Shown here: piece after piece, positions 25,291-39,416 of the stretch | Numbering within the stretch: position 1 is the first letter of the stretch | Layout of the letters: each line of letters opens with the position of its first letter | NCBI RefSeq assembly: GCF_018350175.1 | Contig: NC_058368.1 | Location: 41,666,001-41,730,000, forward strand | DNA from: Felis catus | Taxonomy: Eukaryota | Reading direction: 5' to 3' | DNA length: 64,000 nt | The notes under the pieces: model-generated | Seen by the model: the letters and a program-made list of their open reading frames with translations, nothing else | The model's database searches: none | What the model was told of the DNA's origin: nothing | Position numbers and translations under genes: made by a program

Positions 25291-27719
25291 AAACACCAGA
25301 ATCCATGAGAGCGTGGATCACACTTTGCTACATTTATAAACACTCTTATACACAGACAATAGAATGATATTAAGGATAATAACATTTAGTAATCATAATC
25401 ATAATAAAAATTTTAATAACATTAAGTAACTCATAATCGTAAAAATTAAACTTTTTCATGTATATTCTGATACATGGGAACTTTGAGGCAAATTACCCCC
25501 CAGGATGTTTCCCCTGGGTTGCTTCCTATTTCTTTTGAATTTTACTTTAAAACCACAAATACAACTGCACAAAGGCTTTCCTACTTGTTTCCCTGACAGA
25601 CTGGACACAAATGAAACAGACAGTATCTGCTTGCTATAATGAGAAGAGGGAGCCCTCCAACCCTCCCAGTGTTAACCAAACTCGCCACCAGACACATTCA
25701 TCTCTTTCGTCGGCTTCTTCCTATTCTGTTCCTCCTCCTCACTCCCTGGCATAACTATAGCGTTCCTGCGAAAAACAGGCAACATGGAATGTCCAGGCAC
25801 TGTAATCACAAAAGGGAAAAAGAATTTCACAAAGACTATGGTACGTAAAGGGCACAATGTAGGTGGCAGGAGTCTTACAATCTTACCAGTTTTGAGCCTG
25901 GGTAAGGAGCTTGTCTAGAATGTTTCCTAAAAATCTGAAATTCTGTATTTAGGTGAAATAGTTATAAACCTGTGATCATGTGAAGTGCACAACACCTTTA
26001 AATGTGTTCCCATTGAAGACAACAGAGACTCCCTGAGATGGAACTTCTTCACTGCAGAGGCACATAAATATAAATGGAAGTTCATGAAAGTGGAATAACT
26101 TGTCCATGGCAGATAGCCAGTTGGAGCTTGGATGCATTTCTCCCAAAATCAGAGCCTGTGCTTTCCTCCTGTGTCACACTCCTTCACATACATGATCATT
26201 CATAGAATGTAAAATGTATTCTATTGCTCCACTGATAGCCAGTATGCTTTTGCACATGAAATTTCTCTTCAGTAGTTAAGGGAGCTAAATAAACCGTATG
26301 AATTTAACACATAGTAACTGAATGACAATATGGCTGCCAGTGCGTAATGTGACAGGCTACAAAAGTAAATATGATGACTATGGCATCCAACCTTATGGAA
26401 TTTATGGTCAAGAAGGCAACACAAAATCGATAAGAAATACAAACAGGTGTCCAGTTATTGCTTGTCTTTTTTCTTCTTTTTTTTGTAAGCTACCAGGACT
26501 TGTCACTACATACAAACTATTGTACTGTCTACTTCCTTTTATTATTTCATTTAATCCCTATCTGTGAATTAAGTATTCATTTCCTTATTTTACGGATGAG
26601 GAAACATGTATAACTAGTATATGCTTGTGCCAGTTTATTCCCCTTCCAGCAATGGATAAAAACGGCCGATTTCATTATATCTCTCCAATACCAAGTGGCA
26701 TCTTTTAAAAAAATGCTATTTTGATAGATTAAAGCATTGTATCTCATTTTTTATTTGTATTTTTTTCTAATGAGGTTGGGAATTTGTTGGTATACCAGGA
26801 AAGATTTATTAAGCATCCATCATCAATTAAGTACCACATGGCGGGCATAATGGATAGAAAGACAAAATTATTGCTTTAAAAATATTAAAGGGATTAAAAG
26901 AAAAAAGTTTATGAGTATCACAGGTGAAAAGAAGCAGAGATATTTTCTTCAAGGTCTAGTACCACCCACTTGGTCACAGGGGAATGGTTGCTGAACCTCA
27001 ACAAGGAGGGCAAAGGACATTCGGAATCATCGCTTATTTGTTGTTGTTTACACAAAGATTCTGCCTAAATAAAGTTAACTATGAATGTACTCATGCAATA
27101 TGGGTTTTCTGCTCAGCTTTTATTCTTTCTGTATGGGTTTCTGCTCTGCCGTACTCCAGTGGCCTGAAATGTAATGAAGCCCTCAATTTAAAAGCAAAGA
27201 ATGGCTTTCTCAGTGCTGACCCTGACTATATGTGATTTAATACCTATAATTCATCTGAACAAGGAGTTGCTAATTTGAATGTAAAGTTTATTTTAATGCA
27301 CATTCAGAATACGTCTTTTGTGTTGGCTAATATAACTGTCTTGTGTTTATAATGTTGCTTAAAGTCCATTAGTTACTCCTGAAAAATCAGATTAGAACCA
27401 GTACCATTTTTCTGATGTCTTGGCTTTCATTCCATCTTCCTTCAGCCAAATCATACTGACTTCCCAACTTCTCACTGGACAGCCAATGAAATGGCCCTAG
27501 GCTAGGATTATCACAGTATGAAAATCAGATAGAATGATAAAGGCACCTAATATTCGTTGCACCCTTATGGCATATTTATTTTTCACAGAGCTCTCTCTTT
27601 GGTTTGGAAAAACACCTATTCCATTCTCTCCCATTATTTTTATTTCTCTTTAAATTGTACAAACTGTCAGAGTTGAAGCTACAGCTATTTGTAGATGAGA
27701 TCAAGCTACATCTATGAAT

Positions 27720-28130
27720 CTATTTGTCTAGGAGAGTTGCTTTTGATAATTGATCATAGACTTATGTGACACTGGCTTAAATCATAGGGTGTTGATTGTT
27801 CACTTATTAGGAAGTCTCAAGGTGGGTGATTGCTGGGTTAACAGGTTCACTCCTGGCCTTTTCTTCATAATAACAGATAGCTGCATGCAATCAAGATGTC
27901 TCTTTTATTAAAGAAAACACAAAAAGTCTGTCCCAGAGATTTCCCAGAAGACTACCATTTCTGTGTCATTGGCCAGAAATTTGTTACATATTCACTTTTA
28001 TGCCAGAGACTAATCTTACCTTCAGTGAGATTTTTTTTTTAAAAACCTGTCCTATTGCTGAACAAAACCAGGCTGACAGCAATAGGGGAAAAGTTAGGAA
28101 ACAGCTTTTGTGTAAAAATAATAAAGCATC
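27720..28130 (-). mobile_element. Old MLT1J/K-like LTR
   Basis: actggcttaaatca...ggaagtct...ttcccagaagact...tcattggccagaa resembles old MLT1 subfamilies. Confidence 0.5.
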
Positions 28131-28757
28131 AGAGAAAAAATGTTTTAAAAAGCACAGTGATTGATCAAATCTAATCACTTTTTTCCCTTCAAATCTAATC
28201 AGTTCTTAAATCTCTTTAAAAACAGAAGAAGCTATAAATTCATTATGATTGAATTTGACCTAGGGCCAAGTATTATAAAATTTGAATATGTAAGACTATC
28301 GCAAATAACACACATTAGACACATATCCTAAATCCAAAGGAAAGCCTTCTTATTGAACCATATTTTACATGTACTCTAATTTAATTTAATTAATATATTA
28401 CAGAATTATGTCTTGATCCCATTGTGCAGCAAAGAATTCAAAACTTATTGACCCAGTTCAGCCTCAGGAATAAAAAGACCATATACACAGTCAATTGAAC
28501 ACAAATATTATGAGAACATATTTCTCCAAACAAAGAGGTTTTATACCCAGAATTGTCAGGAAGATATTTGGAACTTTGAACTATAAGACTTAAGTTTGCT
28601 GAGAGATAAAAAAGTCAACCTTCAGAAAATTGGACATAAGGTAACTGTGAAGCATACCACACATGGAAAAAAAAATAAAAGCAAGGTTGGCATATTTTCA
28701 AAATTTATAATTACCTGCTATGTGTAGCAACATCTTCTGGATAGAAATAATGCAATA

Positions 28758-29022
28758 GGGGCTCCTGGGTTATTTAATACACTTAGAAATATAGAAAATA
28801 GTTTAGGCTTAGTGGTGCCTGGGTGGCTCAGTCAGTTAAGCACCCGACTTCAGCTCAGGTCATGATCTGGGGATTCATGAGTTCGAGCCCCGCGTCAGAC
28901 TCTGTGTTGACAGCCTGGAGCCTGCTTCCGATTCTGTGTCTCCCTCTCTCTCTGCCCCTCCTCAGCTCATGCTCTGTCTCTCTTTCAAAAATAAATAAAC
29001 ATTAAAAATATTATAAAGAAAA
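28758..29022 (+). mobile_element. Can-SINE with an apparently duplicated 5' head
   Basis: Head ggggctcctgggt at 28758-28770, AT-rich filler, then a second head ggtgcctgggtggctcag at about 28814 followed by a full body. Confidence 0.88.
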
Positions 29023-29146
29023 AGAAATAGCACAATAATTTAGAACAAAAGAGAAAAATGGACTTAATTTTTTTTGTCTGATTTTATTGGTTTCTTTTTT
29101 TAAGGAAACACTTTTTAAATGTCAATATTTAAAAGTAATAAGTCAA

Positions 29147-29375
29147 GAGGCATCTGGATGGCTCGGTCAGTTAAGCATCCGACTTTGGCTCAGGTTATGA
29201 TCTCACAGTTCGTGGGTTCAAGGCCTGTGTAGAGCTCTGTGTTGACAGCTCAGAGCCTGGAGCCTGCTTCAGATAATGTGTCTCCCTCTCTCTGCCCCTC
29301 CCATGCTTGTGTTTTCACTCTTTCTATTTTTCTCTCTGTCTGTCTCTCTCTCAAAAATAAATAAATAAACATTTA
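29147..29375 (+). mobile_element. Can-SINE
   Basis: TSD aaaagta(a/c)taagtcaa at 29131-29146 and 29376-29391. Confidence 0.93.
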
Positions 29376-31339
29376 AAAAGTACTAAGTCAAAGCATATTT
29401 TATTTATCTAGGGTAACTTGCTTAAATTTCATTGAGTGAATATGACATGTGAATTCTAAGAGAACTGCTATATGCAGAATTATACTCCAGATGCTTGTGT
29501 AGCTAATGTGATTAAGCAGGAAACTGTGCTCTTTGTATAACTGAACATTTTGTTTAAGTAAAATAACCTTGACTTAATTGACTCCTATTCTATTATATTT
29601 TGGATATTTGAATTCACAAGGTGGTCAGTAATGATAAATGATCTTTCCAATATTTCATACACAGTTACACATAAAACATAGGATTCTATTTAAAAAGAAT
29701 AGGTGTGGCATGGGTTTCTAGAACCATTAATTTCAATGAACTTTAAAATAATCAATATCACAGAGATAAGATACAGTATTAGTTTTCTGAAGAAAATAAA
29801 TTGCACAAGACAAAGTCAATGACTGTATATATGGTTGGTGTACCAAAAGCAAAATAAGTTTTCTAATAAAAAAGTGGAAATTACAGTTGAACAAAAGTGT
29901 GATCAATCAATTAAAATTGTTGGAAGAAGATTTTTCACCTAGACAAGTGTAAAGCAATCATTAAGAACAGTGTTCTGATAAATATTTCTTGCTGAAAGAG
30001 AAAAGCTAAGTCTGTTGGGTAAGCGGGAACTAGATCAAGCTATGCTGCCAAAAATAGTTTTTTAGAATTTTCTGGCATTTGAGCTAATGCCTGGAATTTG
30101 CTTTTTCTAGTGCCTTTCCATTTATTACCTTCCAATGGCTGCAGCCTAACATTGCCCTTATGCTTTCTCCATTTCTACCTTTCATTGTGACCCAGGGAGA
30201 GTCCCAAGAGTGGCCTTTCTGCTTTTCCTCATTAGGGCTACTGGCTTGACCAGTCAGCTACATCCCTAACTCCCCGCTCTTTTGAATTGTCAAGGAAAAC
30301 CAGGGTCAGCAGTAGATGCCGCTCTGAGTGTACAAAACTGTACCAGTGACAACTCACCATAATTTAATATTTTTCTACAAAGTTGAGGAGAAAAACAAAA
30401 AGAGGGGGGAGGGAAGAACTAAGTCATGATGGAAGTGAGTTAAAAGTGTTTCTTATTCTGTCTGTCAATAAGCATTGTTTAAATTCAAAAGAGCAGTTGG
30501 TTTGCAATTAACACTGTGTTAAGATCTGTGTTGTGTCAATAGGCTTTGTACGGAAGCAGGAGACTATGTCCATATGAAAGATGTTACCCAAGCATTGTGG
30601 ATTACAGAAAAAAAAAGAATAAGATAAAGAGGCTTTCGAAGCATCTAGCTATCCTATACAGCTGTCATATCATTGCCTCCTTGAGAAAAACGATCCAGAT
30701 TTCTAACATTCAATAGCCAAGCAAACCTTTGGAGTATAACCTATTTAGGAGTGCAAGAATGCTTATTGATATAAATTAACTTAAGCAGTTTCAATTAACA
30801 AAGCAGTTTCTCTCTCCATAATACCAAATGACAACCCCCAAGCCCCCATTCTTATTTGATTACAGAAAATATGTGTCTTTCATAAATTTACTTTTCTTGT
30901 TGTTTCTGAGGATTCTCAAGAAATGCTATTCTAATACCACAAATCGATACTGGTTTCCTCTTGCCATGTCTTCAAGCAATGTCATTCCAGGATTCTTTTT
31001 GTTCCCTCTTGACTCACAAGAGGGACAAGGGAGTGATTATACACCATTCCTACACAGCACAGTTCATGCCAGTCTGTAGTGTGTAACACAATTAGGCTAC
31101 ATTTTGATTATAACAATGAGAACTACAATGCAGGAAGGGACACCTTAAAAATGGGTTCCATATAAAGTAGTCTTAGCATCTAGTGGTCTTTTCACTTCTG
31201 GAACCATCTGTTTTGTTGAATCATTTTGCTTAGGGCCAGCTTCTGTCCTCGTTCTTGAGGTCAAATTCCCACCGCCTCCCTTTTTGCGAGTGTATGTGTT
31301 GGGGGTGGACAGGGAAAGGATGAATAAACATTAATCTCC

Positions 31340-31460
31340 TTCAGCTCTAATTGAGCTCTTAATGACGTCACATCTCCGTCTAATTGTCTTCATTTAGACT
31401 TCATCACTGTTAAAGATTGCCTCACGTCTGCATGAGTCACTGTCGCTCGCAAGCCGACCT
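31340..31460. promoter_or_regulatory. Candidate enhancer: CRE, AP-1 and homeodomain motif cluster
   Basis: TGACGTCA at 31363-31370, TGAGTCA at 31433-31439, CTAATTG at 31347-31353 and 31380-31386, in sequence with no recognisable repeat. Confidence 0.45.
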
Positions 31461-32934
31461 GACCAGAATACAGGGATAGTATTTCCACAGCACAATTCCA
31501 ATGTCCAATCTAAAATTCAGAATCTACTTATAAATACCATATTTGCCATTTCATCTGCTTCAATAATTTAAACATCCAGATTCCGCTTTGAGCAACAGAA
31601 GAAACTCTTGGTAAATTTAAAACAGCAGTTTGTCTCCACTGCATAAGCATTACTGCTTCTATATATTGGAGCATTGAGTAAGTGCAAATTACTGTCTCTT
31701 ATGGAATATCTTTTAGTATTTCAAATAAAATGCACCTTTTAAGAATGACTGATAACTCATAATTCAGTATTTAATGCATAAAACTTTGAACAACTGTATT
31801 TGAGTGTAGGTTTTTCATATCCACAGCCCAACCATTTTATTTTATAGTGCCATTTAGCAATTGCGGCATAATTCCTAAGTAGTTCATGTTTGAATTTGGA
31901 AATTTGAAATGTTTTTGAATTATTTATACTATAATACAAAGTTGAAGAAAGAGAAATCAAAAAAGAACTTTGAGCAGGTTTTTCAACTTCAGGTCGTATT
32001 AGACTAGTCTATTGTCTGCTTTATTAGCATGTTGAAAAAAATCCCAGTGAAATAATTACACTTATAAGAAACTGACTTCACCTTGGGTCTCGATTTTCTG
32101 CTTTGGTTTATAGATCCCTATTTCCCAACCCTATATTATCCTAATACCTCTCCATAAATATATCCTACTTATCATGTTACAAAGTGTTATAGAACATTAA
32201 GCTGGAAAAAATGATATTTAAAAGCCATTTAATCAAATCCACATCTGATGTATATCTTTTAAAAATTCTGACAAATGGTTGTCATATTTATAGCAAGTTT
32301 AGCTTGCTACTTCAAGAAGCAGAAGAGTTTTATTCCAAATTTCACACTATGCATTCATTAAATGCCTGCCATATTAAAAATCCTGTATGAGATATTTATT
32401 CCACAGGAGTAACGAATCAGTCTTCAAATAGTCCCCAGTCAGGAGGAATGGGCAACAAATAAACTGAGAAATACAAATATAGCTTAATGAAATAATACTA
32501 TGATAAGGAAGGCACTAGAGGAATGCTCAGGAGGAACATCTGGACAAAAGGAAAACCAATCTTTTTCTCTACAGCACTTGCCTACTAAAGGCGTAATCAC
32601 TATTGCTTCTGCTTTTTCCTGTCACCTACACCCTGGCAAAGCCAGTAAAGTCTGAATCAGCCCCTATTAAAAGAAGGTCTACTTTTTCCTCAGACAGAAA
32701 AAAAAAAAAGAAGCAAAAGAGGAATAAAGGAAAAACCTACGACACATAGTATATCAGAACAGTCCTAAATCGGTTTAATACCTTTAATATCTTTATAATA
32801 CCTGTAATACAGGCAATTATCTATAGATATCTCAATGTATCTGTATATCTATAACAGTCACTCGGATCATCTTCCAAATTCTCTGAGTAGTACCGATGTG
32901 CACTTGCAAGAAGGCAAAGCCCATGAATTGATTC

Positions 32935-34440
32935 CATAAACATTTATTGATTCCACAAACATTTATTGAACCCCTCCTATGTCGAACAGTGAACACAATG
33001 GTGAATAAGAGAGACGTCATATTTGTTCTCAGTTTAGAGTCAAAGGAGGGATCCTGGCAAGTAAATGAACAGTTACAATACCGTGCAAGTGCTGTGAGTG
33101 GGCAATAGTCTTGGTTCCTTGGAAGCAGTCAGAAAAGCCTTTAAAGGAAGTCTTTTAAGCTCTGACCTAAAGAGTAAGAAGGAGTTAGCTACTCCAGGGA
33201 AGAGAACAGAAGGCAAGAATGTACCAATAGAGTGAAGAACACTCACAAAGACCCAGAAGGGAAAAAGAGCATGGTGTTTTCAAGTAACTCTGGGGAGTTC
33301 GATTTAGCTGGATCACCAAGTGATCCATGTTTTAGCATAAATTGTGAAGAGGCTGGTCAAGTGATCAGAGGACAGAAGGTGCTGGAGTCTGCAGGCTATT
33401 TTAAGACATATGGACTTTTGGACTGAGAATAATAGAAAACCACTGAATAGTTTTGACCCAGAGTGATATGATCAGATTTCATTCTAGACAAAATACACTG
33501 TCTACTTGTGGAGAATAGATTTTCAGGACGTCAAGTCAAGAAGCAGATAAGTAGATGTTAGAGCTTGCTACACCACCATGCTGTCTGTCACAGATCCAGT
33601 TTAAACAATGCCCCAAATTTGGTCAGCACCAATTCAGATTGGTGGCTCTAGTGGTTTAGTGGCATTATGGCTTTCAGTGATTTAATAGAAGGGGCTATCA
33701 CACTACCCCTTATGCCCTAGCATAATCTGCTCTCTTGGCCTTCCCCTGTGAGGGTTGTTCTCACACACCACCATCTCACACACCACTGCAGGGTCCACAG
33801 TGACTCTGGTGCCCAGGTACACAGAGGCTCTGGTTCTTTCTTTACTTCTACATTCAGACATGGTCTGAAAGCATGAGATCTGACTTCTCCAGAGGCTGCA
33901 TGGAGACACTGAGTAGAATTGCATTTGAGGCATTTCTGGGATATTTTATTGGCCAGTTGTTTTCATGGGTCTGGTATGTAGGAGAAAAAGCTGGACTATA
34001 GTTGTACATTTGGAGAGCTCACAATTGAACCATTGGCATGCGTAAGATGCACTTAGAGTATTCAGTGTGGGAAAAGACAGAACCTTAGGGAAAACTAACA
34101 GTCAACACTTGGAAAAAGAAGGCATTTTGCATAGGATATTAAGAAGATGTACTCTGAGGATATAGAAGGAAAGCCGTCAGAATTCCTTGTTGCAAAACTA
34201 AAGGAGCCGAATGTTCTAAGAACATGTGCAATGCCACTAAAAGACTGAGTGAAGTAAAGCCCGAGAGGTGATCTTTTGATTCAGGAATAAATTTGGGCAA
34301 GATAATTTTGAGAATTTAGCAAGAGATATCTTGTTGGGAGTGGTTATAGGTGGGAACAGTTGATGGGTAGTGTGTTGATGGATCTTTCTTCAAGATCATG
34401 AAATGGATAAAAACAGGTCTGACAATAGATAAGTGAGTGA
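32935..34440 (-). mobile_element. L2 LINE 3' region, fragmented
   Basis: Reverse L2 3' end acatttattgaacccctcctatgtc...agttacaataccgtgcaagtgctgtg...agtaagaaggagttagc...gatatgatcagattt. Confidence 0.7.
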
Positions 34441-34485
34441 AATGAAGCTTTCCACTTACTTGTGTGTTATTTCTTGTTTGTTTTA

Positions 34486-34695
34486 TTTTATATTTTATTT
34501 TTAATGTTTATTTTTGAGACAGAGAGACAGAGCATGAACAGGGGAGGGTCAGAGAGAGAGGGAGACACAGAATCTGAAGCAGGCTCCAGGCTCTGAGCTG
34601 TCAGCACAGAGCCCGACACGGGGCTCGAGCTCACAGACCGTGAGGTTACGACCTGAGCCGAAGTCGGACGCTTGACTGAGCCACCCAGGCGCCCC
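34486..34695 (-). mobile_element. Can-SINE
   Basis: TSD tcttgtttgtttta at 34472-34485 and 34696-34709. Confidence 0.95.
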
Positions 34696-34859
34696 TCTTG
34701 TTTGTTTTAAATCAGAGAGACCCGAGCATTTGAAAATGCTCATGAAAAGACATAAGCTTATGAGCAAGTAAAATAAAAATAGTTGAATTTACAGAAAATA
34801 GAAGAGAGAATTTCTGACCTGGGCCAGATTTGTTTGTTTGTTTTAAACTCATAATGTAT

Positions 34860-35082
34860 GGGGCGCCTGGGTGGCTTAGTAGGTTGAGCGTCCGACTTCG
34901 GCTCAGGTCACGATCTCGCGGTCCGTGAGTTCAAGCCCCGCGTCGGGCTCTGTGCTGTCAGCTCAGAGCCTGGAGCCTGCTTCAGATTCTGTGTCTCCCT
35001 CTCTCTCTGTCCCTCCCCTGCTCATGCTCTGTCTCTCTCTGTCTCAAAAATAAATTAATAAAAACATTAAAAAAAAATAAAA
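34860..35082 (+). mobile_element. Can-SINE (young, CpG-rich)
   Basis: ggggcgcctgggtggcttagtagg... TSD-like actcat(a/g)atgtat. Confidence 0.95.
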
Positions 35083-35220
35083 TTAGACTCATGATGTATT
35101 CTAGAAAGACATTTCCCATGACATTGGGGATTTAGGCTTCCCTTGAAAATTCTGCAAGATTTGGCAAGTAGAGCCCTCTATTCTGTATGGAAAGGGCCGT
35201 GGTGGCCAGAGTCTGCTAAC

Positions 35221-35446
35221 TTTTTTTTTTTTTTAATTTCTTTAACGTTTATTTATTTTTGAGACAGAGAGAGACAGAGCATGAACGGGGGAGGGGCAGA
35301 GAGAGAGGGAGACACAGAATCTGAAGCAGACTCCAGGCTCTGAGCCATCAGCCCAGAGCCCGACGCGGGTCTCGAACTCACGGACCGTGAGATCGTGACC
35401 TGAGCTGAAGTCTGATGCCCAACTGACTGAGCCACCCAGGCGCCCC
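35221..35446 (-). mobile_element. Can-SINE
   Basis: Complete reverse SINE with a poly-T tail. Confidence 0.95.
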
Positions 35447-37779
35447 TAGAGTCTATCTTTTTCAAAGCCTCTGGAAGTGTTTGCATTTATTCAGACTGAA
35501 CTATAGAGTCACAATAGAATAATTATAGAATAATCCTGAAAGAGCCAAAGGATGTGGATTCAGAAATACTGAAAATTTTCAAGTAAACTGAAGAAAGAAA
35601 AAAAGGAAGGAGAAAAAGCTAAGTTTCTATCTGCTTTGGTAAAAAGTGGAAAGAATTCTTGACTAACAGCATCTCAGCTCCCTAGAATGAAAGGCAAAAT
35701 CTTCTCTGAGAGTAGAGAGAACTTAGTGAGAATCTTGGTCCAACACTTAGTGTGTAGGAACAGAACTAAAGGAAAATGCATTCATAATATTCTGAAGATT
35801 TGATATATTTTAAGTGTTTTGTGATTAAAAAAGGTTTTGAATAAACTATGACTATCAAAAATAATTAAATAAAAGTGCATTTATGAATTACTTATAGTAT
35901 TCTGGACACCATTCTAGGCTCTAACAATTAATCACCCCATTCAATCTTCATAATAAGCTTACAATGTGAATATTGTTCCCCCAATTCTACTTCATTAAAA
36001 ATGATTGTGTCAATTATACAAAATGCCAGATATTATGCTGTAAAATGGAAATTTCTCAAGTTGATAAGATTCAGGATCATTATCTCCTTTAAATTTTTCT
36101 ACCTAAGTAGGATTTATAAGCTAAATCTCTTTATCCTCATTCCATTATTAATTTTAATAAATATTGAAATATTATACAGAACTTCACTACTGTTAAATAT
36201 CTCTAAAGGCATCAACCGTGAACTAAATAGTTAAGTATTTCATTTTGTACCATGTAAGTTTAAATGAATTCATGAGTCCTAGAATGCATAACCAAAGCAA
36301 GCTCTTCTCTGGTGATTTTTCATCTGCGCTAGGTAGTTTAAATGCCAGCCCACTGGGAAATTGGTATTTTACTAGATGAACTTCTTTGCCTAGAATTCTG
36401 GAATTGTATAAGCAATACTAAACGAACACAAAAATAACCATACAAGTTACTAGTAATAAATGCTAAAAATAACATACAACAGTCTATATAACTATATTAA
36501 CTATATATTTTATATCTATCTACATACAATGATAAAACATGCAAAGATTCCCAGGTTGACATTTTTAAAAGAAACACCCATGTGTGTTTTTTTTCTCAAG
36601 AAGTTTAATATTGGTTTTCTGATGCTGGTTACTGTGTGCGCATAAAGAGACAGATACTTCTTATGCACCCGATGTTCAATTATTTACATCAGCAAGTATG
36701 TCATGGCAAATAATTAAAGATCAAAATATAAAAGAGGAATAATGTTATCCTATACAAGTGGCTTAAATGGAATAATGGTTTATTGAGTGATACTATGATA
36801 TTATTGAACTACTATTAATTGGATATTTATATTTAATTCCTTGTGCCATTTGTTATCATACCTTATTTTAAAAGAGTGCAGTGTAAGATTGTGAACTACA
36901 GGGAGCTGACATTTAAAATCTATGGTCAGCCCTTCCTGGGAGAAGAAAAGACAGATGAAGTCCCGCTACATGGTATGACCTTGGCACTGTAATTAATTTA
37001 TTTCATATCTGTAATCTGGGATTCTTGTTTGTCAAACTAAGAGCTGTGTCTCCATTTGGAAAATAAGCCAAACTGTAGATGTAAGAACAGCTGATTAAAA
37101 TTGGTGATGCAGTAAGAGAGGGCATTTATGCTTTGAAGCTTAACATATGTATAGCTTTCTCCATGACACTCGGGGAGTCCATTCTCTTCTCCACGTGAGC
37201 ACGTAGCTCCCCTCGATGTCCATGCGAGCTGCGTTTCCGTGACGGGAAGAAAATAGTCTTGCTAAAGTTAATTATCAGACTGATTTGGGTCTCATTTTAA
37301 TGCCCTGTTTATTGGCAATGGAAGCCTGATACGTGGCTCACTTTGTTCCTCACCTGATTTTCCAAGGTAGGGAACAGAAGGCAAGGGCCACGTTTAAAAA
37401 GGTGTGAACTGTGAACAGATATACCCAGGGCATGTAAAAGGAAGTGAGCATTTTTATCTAGCAGCAGGGACTTTAGCTAGATTTCCTAGTAACATGATTT
37501 AGGTTGTATTCACTCTAAACCCATGTGCCATTTTAGACTGTATCGTTTCACCCCAAGGCTAAATACCACAATTGTTACACATTTGATAACTAAGATATTT
37601 AAACCAACATATGAATATGTCATCCATTGGGTAAACCCAACTCTAAGTGGAAGGGGGATATTTATTCTAGAATAAATTAATAAATCATATGATTGCTGGT
37701 ACTTAAAAAAAAAAGAAAAATCAATTTATCACTCGGTCCAAGAATCAAAGAATGCTTGCATTTTTCATAAGAAGGGAGT

Positions 37780-38035
37780 ATTGCATAGTAGTGAAGCACC
37801 TGGACTCTGCCGTCAGACCGGCAGAACAGCACCCTGCTTGATCGCTTGCGTGCTCCTGCTACCATCTAGGGTTGATTCATTTAAACTCCTCATATCTCAG
37901 TTTCCTCATCTATAGAATGGGATACAAACAGCACACATCTTAAAAAAAAAAGTACACGAGAAAACTAATGTTAACACATGTGAATCCTTAGACCTGTGCT
38001 GAGCACAGAGTAAGTGCTATATAAATGCCTGTGAT
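37780..38035 (+). mobile_element. MIR
   Basis: gcatagtagtgaagcacctggactctg...tctcagtttcctcatctatagaatggg...agagtaagtgctatataaatg. Confidence 0.8.
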
Positions 38036-39416
38036 TAAAGCCTGATGAAAGCCACCACTGCTGTCTGGGACAATTCTAACCAAAAGGAAATAAAACCCTG
38101 ATTTTAAAAAAGACTGTTCGTCAGTTGTCATACTGTGAAACAACCAAAGGCCTCTAACCCACATGCACTGGGGAGCAGAGATTTTAAGTCTGTTATAACC
38201 TCTGCCATATCTGGGGACAGTGGTCCTGTAGTTAGATCCTGAACACAATTTTATTACAGATGCTTTAACCAAAGGTGGGGGAATGAGAACAATTATCGAA
38301 GCTGGACATGTTATGTTTTACAAAGATTATGGTCTTCCTGGCTATGGAGGCTAAGGAAATTATTTCCTCATTTTGAAACTTTCCTGAGGGAAACTGTCCT
38401 TCCCATAATACATGGGAAGAATTAGTGACAGGAGACTTGGTGACATAAGTGATCTGGGGACAAACAATTACCATTATTATGATGTTTTCCGAAGGGTGGA
38501 ACTTGCGAGCAAGGTTATATAGGTGATGCATAATTGAATATTTAAAAATGCTATTATAAGCAAAGTAAAAAATATATTTTATACAGAATTTTATGTAGAT
38601 TATATAGTCATGTTCACATTGTACACAAACTATTACTAAAAATGTACTCAACTTTGGGAAAATGTGTTTATTTAAAAATATTGTTTTTAATGGTCCATTT
38701 GTTATCAGACTTTGAAGAAAATCTCAAAGATAGAATACGATCCACTGAAATTTAAAAATCTATTTTACTTATTTTACCGGTAAACGGAATGCTTTTGCTT
38801 CCTGTTTTGCTTTTGCTTTCACTAACTTCAGAGACAAATATATGGCCCATTTCTGGAAGGTATGGAGAACTGGTGATGTGAATTTATGAACACACACACA
38901 CATGTAATACATAGACACACACATTCTCTTTGACTCAATTTTCTGTTTTGTTTTGCTTTTGGTTTTTGTAATTTTTGTTATTTTTATTTCCTGTGATGTG
39001 TGGATTTTGGGGGGGGGGGGAGAAAACAATCTAAAAACTTGTTTCTGGCAGAAATAACATGTGGCTTTAAAATGATGGCTGTTACCATCTTTTCCATAGG
39101 CTGATGGTCACACACAACATGTCCTTCGTGGGAGTGGACAGCACTGGGGGTGGGGGCGGAATGCACAGTGAGTATCCTAGAGAGTGAGGGAAGCTTGTAT
39201 TGGAACTTCAAATCATAATGCAAGGAAGAACAACCTATAAAAAACAGTGACCACATTCACCAGTCATTAGAGTGTGCAGACTTCAAGGAGTACAGAAGGG
39301 AAAATAGAATCTATGAAGAGAACTTGCCAAGTAAAAGGGAAATCATTTGTTTTATTTGCCCTTCTGTGGTTTATCTTCAAGTGAGACAATGAACAATAAG
39401 CATTAAAAATGAGTAT

